From positions 186,001 through 250,000 of the IMG/VR virus record IMGVR_UViG_3300024239_000011: 64,000 bases of DNA. One strand, 5' to 3'. The position numbers and the translations under genes are program-made. The notes under the pieces were generated by a model. That model worked only from the letters and a program-made list of their open reading frames with translations, did no database searches and was not told the DNA's origin. Of the stretch, positions 57,479 through 64,000 are shown piece by piece; the stretch's first letter is position 1; each line of letters starts with the position of its first letter.

Positions 57479-58180
57479 ATGCGGTACCAAGAACTATTCG
57501 AATGGAGTACGGATGTCCTAGCGTCAGTTAACAATAAGCCGGGATTTCAGGTATGGTTTGGGGAGTCGAAGGTCGTTGATCGCGACGGTTTACCGCTCCC
57601 TGTATTTCACTACACCTCTGCACAGTTCGAGGTTTCGAATTTTCACCCATTCAGTCACTTCGGGTCGGACAAAGCCGCCATGGCGATTTGGCAGCATCGC
57701 TACGACTTGGGGGACAAGCCGGGTCGGATACGACAGAAGACGCTTAATCGGATTACCCAGAACCCAGATGCTTTTTATTGGAAGAATGATGGTCGTCATG
57801 GGCGGGATGATGTCCAACATCGCACCATCCCGGTGTTCTTGAGGATCGAGAAGCCGTTACGAATCGAAGATCACGGTGACGCTCACCGCCCTGAAGTTTT
57901 CCTACACATACTGAGGGATTTGGGGCTTTATGAGCCGGATTTCGATGAACTACACCGTTTAGCAAAGAAGCGGCGTTTACCGGATAATTTTGGTACTGGT
58001 TTGAGCCGTCTGCTCCACGTGTATTCTGATGAGAAAATGAACTCCATTATTCTCGATGTGATGCGCAATGCCGGGTACGATGGGTTCGTTTACAAGAATC
58101 TTAAAGAACACAAGGGTAGTCGGAGTTGGATTATTCTTGACCCATACCAAGTCCGCTCGGTGTTTGAATTCCTTGGATAA
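57479..58180 (+). CDS. ADP-ribosyltransferase-like protein (ART-PolyVal-like)
   Basis: F..WFGESKVVD.DG.PL.VFH.T, HFG, PVFLRI.KPL, GYDG..Y.N..E, QVRS; TAAATA promoter at 57438. Confidence 0.65.
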   Translation: MRYQELFEWSTDVLASVNNKPGFQVWFGESKVVDRDGLPLPVFHYTSAQFEVSNFHPFSHFGSDKAAMAIWQHRYDLGDKPGRIRQKTLNRITQNPDAFYWKNDGRHGRDDVQHRTIPVFLRIEKPLRIEDHGDAHRPEVFLHILRDLGLYEPDFDELHRLAKKRRLPDNFGTGLSRLLHVYSDEKMNSIILDVMRNAGYDGFVYKNLKEHKGSRSWIILDPYQVRSVFEFLG

Positions 58181-58248
58181 TAGGTGATTTGGGACATCCA
58201 AATGGTTCTGAGAGATAAATACTCACATAATAAGTGAGTGGAACCAAA

Positions 58249-59052
58249 ATGGATTATGAACGCATATATGACAATTTGATGGTTAGGGCGTCGAGCCGTG
58301 TATTAGATGGTTATGTTGAAAAACATCATATCATTCCACGATGTGTCGGTGGTTTAGATGATAATACGAACTACGCAATATTGACTCCAGAAGAGCATTA
58401 TCTGGCGCATCTTTTGTTGGTGAAAATGCCGCGTTATAAAGGGCATTCCAAATACAATAAGCTGGTATATGCCGCCAACATGCTCACCGTTGGGGGAAGT
58501 CGTAATAACAAATCTTATGGATGGTTAAAACGCAAGTTGGGCGCGTTGGTGCGCGAAAACAATTTAGGTAGAAAGCAAAGTGAAGAAACTATTGAGAAAC
58601 GGGTAAGTAAAACGCGCGGACAGAAACGAACTGACGAAACCCGTCAACGCATTCGTGATGCGTTGACTGGGCGAACACGACCCGAATTTTCGGAAGAATG
58701 GATCGCAAAACTACGTCAGGCGAATACCGGTGAAAACAACAATATGTTCGGTAAGAAACATAGTGATGAAAGTCGTCGCAAGATGTCCGAAAGTAAAAAG
58801 GGCAAACATCTATGGACTGATGATCAAAAACGTGAAATTGGAGAACGCATGCGCGGTCGTGTTGATACCGAAGAAACAAAGAGGAAGAAGTCTACTGCGA
58901 TTAAGTCATCATGGGAAGATAATGATGAACGCAAAAAACAGTTAAGCGAAAAAATGCGCGGTCGTGTTCTTTCAGAAGAAACCAAAAAGAAATTATCTGA
59001 TGCTGCTAAGCGGCGTTGGCAGAAAATAAAGGAAAACGCCAATGAATTCTAA
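58249..59052 (+). CDS. HNH homing endonuclease with NUMOD3 repeats
   Basis: EKHHIIPRC.GG.D...N...LT.EEH.LAHLLL; repeated (H/Q)SEET..K.S units. Confidence 0.9.
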   Translation: MDYERIYDNLMVRASSRVLDGYVEKHHIIPRCVGGLDDNTNYAILTPEEHYLAHLLLVKMPRYKGHSKYNKLVYAANMLTVGGSRNNKSYGWLKRKLGALVRENNLGRKQSEETIEKRVSKTRGQKRTDETRQRIRDALTGRTRPEFSEEWIAKLRQANTGENNNMFGKKHSDESRRKMSESKKGKHLWTDDQKREIGERMRGRVDTEETKRKKSTAIKSSWEDNDERKKQLSEKMRGRVLSEETKKKLSDAAKRRWQKIKENANEF

Positions 59053-59539
59053 AAACAAAGGTAATACGTTCGAGCGTAAGATTGCCAATTTGTTTTCGAA
59101 ACGGTTTGCTGAGAAAACTGGTATTGCCCAAGCGTTCAGACGTAATATCGATTCTGGTAGTTTTTTTGGCGGTTCAAATCAAAAACGAACGGAAACGCAT
59201 AATACTGAGAACGCAGTATTTGGTGATATTAATTGCCCGAGTAATTTTAACTATTCGCTTGAATGCAAGCATTACAAAGCTGGTCCCTCATTTGCCAATC
59301 TCATGAAGCAAAATTGTAAGGATTGGGATGGGTGGATTAGTCAAGCCGAACAGGATAGTAAAAATTCTGGAAAGAAAATGGCTATCATCGTCAAATATAA
59401 CAATGTTGAGGAAGTAGTCATTCTGTCGGAACCGGTCCCGGATTGCTACAATATGCCGTACAAGGCTTATTTTGTGGCGCCGTTGGTAGATTTTCTTAAA
59501 ATGGACGACAGTGTGTTCTTTCCAGAAACGGTGGATTGA
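59042..59539 (+). CDS. Holliday junction resolvase-like PD-(D/E)XK nuclease
   Basis: SK.KG..FER.IA, F.R...SG, GDI, ECK.YK, W..QA. Confidence 0.75.
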   Translation: MNSKNKGNTFERKIANLFSKRFAEKTGIAQAFRRNIDSGSFFGGSNQKRTETHNTENAVFGDINCPSNFNYSLECKHYKAGPSFANLMKQNCKDWDGWISQAEQDSKNSGKKMAIIVKYNNVEEVVILSEPVPDCYNMPYKAYFVAPLVDFLKMDDSVFFPETVD

Positions 59540-60201
59540 TGGTAGAGCGGTTGGAGCCTCGGGAAATTCTACGGCGGTTTGGCTCGCCGGAATATAAGCA
59601 GCAACGGCAGCGCAAGATGTCGAACTACCAGAACGTGGTGTTCGATAATTGCGAACGGATTTTCGGAAAGTACCATTCTTGGGTGCGGTACTCTGAAATG
59701 CTGTTATGGCTCCAACCCAAAGATCGCGGGCTGTTATACGTCCACCCACAGGTTTTCCCGTTTGATGGGCGCCTGGGGGTGGTTGTTTCGGAAATTCTCC
59801 GGTACACCTCAATCAAGCTTCAGAAGAATGGGTCTGATTTGGTCAAGGGAAGTGAGGTAATCCGGGGCGGTGAACACATCATCGACGTGGAACGGCAGAT
59901 GGATGACGCGGATCACCTACAAATAAGCTGTCGCCTCCCGTTTAGCTCTTACCATATGGCGGGAATGGTTGACGACAAAGCGTGTCATTTTGTCAACCTG
60001 ACTAACATGAACCTTCCGGCGCGGGGATCAAGTAACGGACCATACCCATCGGTTTGTGCAATTTTCCTGAAACAAGAGGACGCCGGGAAATACCGTGATT
60101 GGTTGGTCAACCTGATCCATTCCAATCCAGAATATTTCTCGTGGGAAGGGTCGAACCTATATTTCAGTCCACTCTATCCAGAATTCCCGAAGGATTTTTG
60201 A
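59536..60201 (+). CDS. Hypothetical protein
   Basis: 221-aa ORF overlapping the previous stop. Confidence 0.55.
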   Translation: MMVERLEPREILRRFGSPEYKQQRQRKMSNYQNVVFDNCERIFGKYHSWVRYSEMLLWLQPKDRGLLYVHPQVFPFDGRLGVVVSEILRYTSIKLQKNGSDLVKGSEVIRGGEHIIDVERQMDDADHLQISCRLPFSSYHMAGMVDDKACHFVNLTNMNLPARGSSNGPYPSVCAIFLKQEDAGKYRDWLVNLIHSNPEYFSWEGSNLYFSPLYPEFPKDF

Positions 60202-60587
60202 TGTCAACCGATAATTATTGTATGACCAAACAAGAAATTCTCAAGGCGTTACTGGAAGGTATCAAAAAGAAACCCGATCCTCCACCTGAAATTGATCCGG
60301 AAGTTAAACAGTTTTTCGAGGACAGCCGATCTGAACCACCTGATTAGTTTTAATCTCGGACAGAGCGATGCGAGCTTTTTCAACCATCATTGAGCAGAAA
60401 TCTGGGTCTTCAATTAGATCAAACCATTCATTTATTCTGTCTAATTTTGGTACGTTGATACTCCAACCGGCATCGGGATACCACATCATAGGTGATGAAA
60501 GACCCTTATCGGATGCCAAAACTACCAACGTACCAGTATAGTCGCGTGCCACGATCATAACGACCCCCAAAATTTGTTTTGGGCTAT

Positions 60588-60923
60588 TTATTCTTGCCAC
60601 TTCAATCGGAGCATAGTCGCCTGACGCCGGTCTTTGCAGTAGATGCGGTACCGGTAATAGGTAAATTCACCCTTTATGACAGTGTTACGTGTTACGACAA
60701 TTGGCGATGTGGTACCGACGTTTAGCCAATCGATCAAATCCCTGTCGAACGCATCATGCCGGTCTTCGTCAATGTCCACCGTGAACGATGTCCAAAGGAG
60801 GTAAACATTGGGAAGCGGGATTGGTTCGGACGGACCAATACCAAACACGCTTCTACCAATATTCTTTCGGTTAAGTTCAGTGATGTTCTGAAGATTAAAC
60901 TGCACGAGTTTGTTGCCATTCAT
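60588..60923 (-). CDS. Hypothetical phage protein
   Basis: C-terminal D...ATM.RLKW motif. Confidence 0.55.
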   Translation of the reverse strand: MNGNKLVQFNLQNITELNRKNIGRSVFGIGPSEPIPLPNVYLLWTSFTVDIDEDRHDAFDRDLIDWLNVGTTSPIVVTRNTVIKGEFTYYRYRIYCKDRRQATMLRLKWQE

Positions 60924-61161
60924 GTTCCCACATCAACAAGATTATATCCGCTGGTTTTTTATGGCTTCAATTTTTTCGCGCTTCCGCTGGAACGGCAGGA
61001 AAACCGATACGGCTGGTCGTATAGCTCAGTTGCTCAAGCAGGCTGGTGAACAGCACATGCCCTATTCACTGCTAGTGCGGTAGACGGGGCACCCCGCCAG
61101 AACGAAGACTCACGCGACCACCACAAACCGCAAACAATCAGAAGAATAAGTGGGTTTATTT

Positions 61162-63498
61162 CTAATCTTCGAATGTTGTGAATTTATTTTCTTTGCGTGC
61201 GATCAGAATATGGCTCGACCTAGTTTGCAATTCTTCGCGATGTGTTACCAGCATGATGCATTTATTTCTATCCCGTCCCATCTCTTTAAGTATATTGAAT
61301 GCCATTTCACTACCTTGTGTATCTAGACCGGCATCAATGATTTCGTCGCAAAGAAGTATATTAATAGGACCATTGAGATTTTCCCAGATATCGCGGAAAG
61401 CTAGGGATAATGCGATAGACAGACGGGTACCTTCGCCGCGAGACAGGTTTCCGATGTCTAATTCACGACCGTACTGGTTGATTTCCGCCGTTAAGTCATT
61501 ATGGAACGTGACCTGATGGGGTAGTCCGATCTTACTCAGATAGTTAGCAAGGCGGGTATTGAGAAAGTTCAAGTTCTGGTCGATGATCTTCTTACGGATG
61601 AAACTCTTCTTATCCACCAGAAGGTCTTTGAGGAATTTTTGGTGATCCAGTAAGCGCGTCAACTCATTCAGACGATCATAGCGCGGCGGGGTAAGGTTCT
61701 TTTGAAGTGTTTCCGCTTGTTCGGTGTACGGGTTCAACTTTGCCTTTTCAGTCGCGAGATCACGGGTGAACTGTTCGAACAGAGCCTTCGCCTGATAGGC
61801 GTCGTTACGGGTCGGGAAGATCGACGTAGGACGCACGCCAAGCCCGGTTATAGCGGCTTCTTTATCGGCCAGTATGGCATGCTTTTCCGACAGAACAGAC
61901 CCGATCAATTCTGCCTGTGCGTTCTTTTCAGTAATTTTGTCTGCTATAACCTTCGCTGCTGTTTCGGCTATCGCTTTGACTTCAGCAATCTGCTGGGTGA
62001 CTTCGCCTATGCGACGTTCAAGGTCCATCTGGGTGGAGATCGTTTCTCCCTTCAGTTTGCTAACAACTGCCTTGGTGTCGGACTGGATTTGCTTGATTTC
62101 GCGATCCCGATCCATTTCAAGTTTGGTAATGTCGTTCCCGGATCGTGCGATTTCATTGATCAATTGGGTATGGTGTTTTTCCATTTCCGTCTTGATCGTG
62201 GTAATGCGGGTTTCGATGCGTTCTATTACGTCATGAATATGCGCTTCGTCTTTCAACGCCTGTCCACAAGCTTTACAATTCTTACTGTCCGGGTCGGACA
62301 GTTCTGCTTCTGCTTTCGTAAGCTCTTCCTGTAATGCGGCGGTACGAGTTGCTGTGCTGACTTTGGTGGCTTCTAGAGTCGCACCAACACGCCCGATGGC
62401 AGTTTCAGTCTGGGTATTGATGCGGGCAATAGCTTCTTCGCATTGGCGTTCAGTGCGCTCAACCTGGGCAGCAACGGTAGTATCCAGTTGGTCAAGATCA
62501 CGTTGATAGCGGTCTAGTTCGTTCTGAAGTCGCGTGACTTGCTGTTCATCGACGCCAGAACTCGTTTCAAGTTCCTTGATCTCAGCAAGCAAACGAGTGG
62601 CTTCGGTTTCGATCTGACGGATTTCTTGGGTAATAACATCCCGATCCGCTTTCAACGCTTGTATGGCACGGTCATAGATGTCTTGATCATCAAAGGCTTT
62701 CACTTCGGCATCGAAGTCGATACCGGAAAGGGCACTGAGGTTGCCTTCGATTTCTGCGATGGTGTTATGCTGGGTGGTATCCCAACGTTGCACCTTCAAC
62801 ATCAGGTCATCAATGCTGGTTTGGATTTTATCGTTCGCTGCTTTGATAGCCTCTATTTTATTCTCTTCCGACTCAATCTCGCGCTTAGAGTTGCGCATCA
62901 ACTCCATGATCGTTTCAGCTTTTTCAGACAGCAACTTGATACCAAGAATTTGCTCGATGATTTCGCGTTGCTCGGTTGGCTTCATCATCAAAAACGGGGC
63001 AGTGTAAGTGTTCATAGCTACGACGTGCTTGAACATCTCAAAGTCGATACCGACCACCGTATCAATGGCTTCCTGTGTATCCTTACCAGTACCCTGTTGG
63101 TCGCCAACCTCTTTGACGATTTCCTCGGAATTATCGGACGCACGAACAACGCCGTCCACAATCCACCGAAAGATTTTGGGTTTCTGCCCCCGTTCAACCC
63201 GGTACGTGTGACCTTTCTTCTGGAATTCCAAGGTCACTAAACTCTGTTTATTGTTGATGTTGTTTACAAAGTTGCCCACACGCCGAATCGGTGAAATGGC
63301 ATGTCCGTACAGAGCATAAGAAATGCCATTTACGATGGTGGTTTTTCCAACCCCATTTCTCGCAGAATTGTCGCCCTGTGGCTGGTCTAGGTTCTCGCCC
63401 AGGATGAGGGTCAGTCCCTTACGATCTAGAGATACTACCTGCTCGACGTTACCCACCGAGAGAAAGTTTTTCATCGTGATCTTGGTGAATTCCAACAT
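61162..63498 (-). CDS. Recombination ATPase gp46 / Rad50-SbcC
   Basis: KNFLSVG, Walker A NGVGKTT, coiled coils with CKAC Zn hook, signature LSRGE, Walker B LCDE, H-loop VTH. Confidence 0.95.
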   Translation of the reverse strand: MLEFTKITMKNFLSVGNVEQVVSLDRKGLTLILGENLDQPQGDNSARNGVGKTTIVNGISYALYGHAISPIRRVGNFVNNINNKQSLVTLEFQKKGHTYRVERGQKPKIFRWIVDGVVRASDNSEEIVKEVGDQQGTGKDTQEAIDTVVGIDFEMFKHVVAMNTYTAPFLMMKPTEQREIIEQILGIKLLSEKAETIMELMRNSKREIESEENKIEAIKAANDKIQTSIDDLMLKVQRWDTTQHNTIAEIEGNLSALSGIDFDAEVKAFDDQDIYDRAIQALKADRDVITQEIRQIETEATRLLAEIKELETSSGVDEQQVTRLQNELDRYQRDLDQLDTTVAAQVERTERQCEEAIARINTQTETAIGRVGATLEATKVSTATRTAALQEELTKAEAELSDPDSKNCKACGQALKDEAHIHDVIERIETRITTIKTEMEKHHTQLINEIARSGNDITKLEMDRDREIKQIQSDTKAVVSKLKGETISTQMDLERRIGEVTQQIAEVKAIAETAAKVIADKITEKNAQAELIGSVLSEKHAILADKEAAITGLGVRPTSIFPTRNDAYQAKALFEQFTRDLATEKAKLNPYTEQAETLQKNLTPPRYDRLNELTRLLDHQKFLKDLLVDKKSFIRKKIIDQNLNFLNTRLANYLSKIGLPHQVTFHNDLTAEINQYGRELDIGNLSRGEGTRLSIALSLAFRDIWENLNGPINILLCDEIIDAGLDTQGSEMAFNILKEMGRDRNKCIMLVTHREELQTRSSHILIARKENKFTTFED

Positions 63499-63514
63499 AG
63501 TTCGCCTTTTGTTC

Positions 63515-64000
63515 TCATACTGGGAATATTAATAGCTCAGTTTTCTCGGTGGCTGCAATTTTCTTCCCGTTGTCGGTTTCCACCTTGGTCTGCTGGATCG
63601 TGTATTTGGCATCAAACGCTTCAATACGCGCCCACGAGTAAAGGTCACGGATTTCTGGGCAGTCGTCATATGACAGCACCCACGGGTGTGGACATACCCG
63701 CAGAAGGTCTGCCATGCGGCGGTGATCGTCCTCGGTGAAGGCATGCTGGTACAGATCACCGCCCTTCATGTAATACGGCGGGTCCAAATAGATGAAAGCT
63801 GGTCGGCTGGTGTCGGTGATCATTGCAGCAAAATCGCTGTTGGTGACCCTCGCATCGACCGAAATAAACTGCTTGTGGATCAGGTCGATTTTCTTGCAGA
63901 TGTTGGATGGACTCCAACGGCAATCAATTGGGTACTTGGTATTGGCATCTTGGTTGCGCCCACCTAATGGACCGCCGGATTTGACGCCGAGACCTGAGTA
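63515..64000 (-). CDS. DNA adenine methyltransferase (Dam/D12 class), 5' part outside window
   Basis: IYLDPPYY, W.LSYDD; frame stays open to the window edge. Confidence 0.85.
   Translation of the reverse strand, partial: YSGLGVKSGGPLGGRNQDANTKYPIDCRWSPSNICKKIDLIHKQFISVDARVTNSDFAAMITDTSRPAFIYLDPPYYMKGGDLYQHAFTEDDHRRMADLLRVCPHPWVLSYDDCPEIRDLYSWARIEAFDAKYTIQQTKVETDNGKKIAATEKTELLIFPV

Larger units (their letters stand above)
1861..58222. promoter_or_regulatory. Dispersed T4-like late promoter motif TAAATA
   Basis: Seen just upstream of many genes, e.g. ~1862, 4358(-), 7133(-), 7207, 11258, 14632(-), 15956, 28152, 30053, 33503(-), 43065, 45501(-), 51766, 57438, 58217. Confidence 0.75.

Overview
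64 kb from a large T4-like (myovirus-type) jumbo phage. The host is probably an alphaproteobacterium, judged from the alpha-type SspB, PncB, ornithine decarboxylase and RpoH-like sigma factor. Structural and replication genes include gp13/gp14/gp15 neck and tail completion, MCP, scaffold, prohead protease, portal, a tape-measure-like protein, gp26/gp51-like, a resolvase and gp46/Rad50. Many lie on the minus strand behind TAAATA late promoters, interleaved with plus-strand accessory clusters. These clusters include an NAD+/ADP-ribose module (NadE, PncB, NADAR-NMNAT fusion, ADP-ribosylhydrolase, KptA, ART-like protein) and tRNA-related enzymes. There are five free-standing homing-type endonuclease genes. 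Main oddities: (1) upstream of the endonuclease next to the MCP gene is an inverted 27-nt copy of MCP coding sequence that differs from the resident gene only at wobble positions, suggesting a guide or operator for a non-self MCP allele; (2) an intact tnpB bounded by 28-bp terminal inverted repeats and an 8-bp target duplication; (3) an ~870-nt densely structured non-coding region; (4) a Preiss-Handler-type NAD+ rebuilding pathway whose PncB lacks the phospho-His. All calls come from reading motifs by eye; no database searches or folding programs were run.
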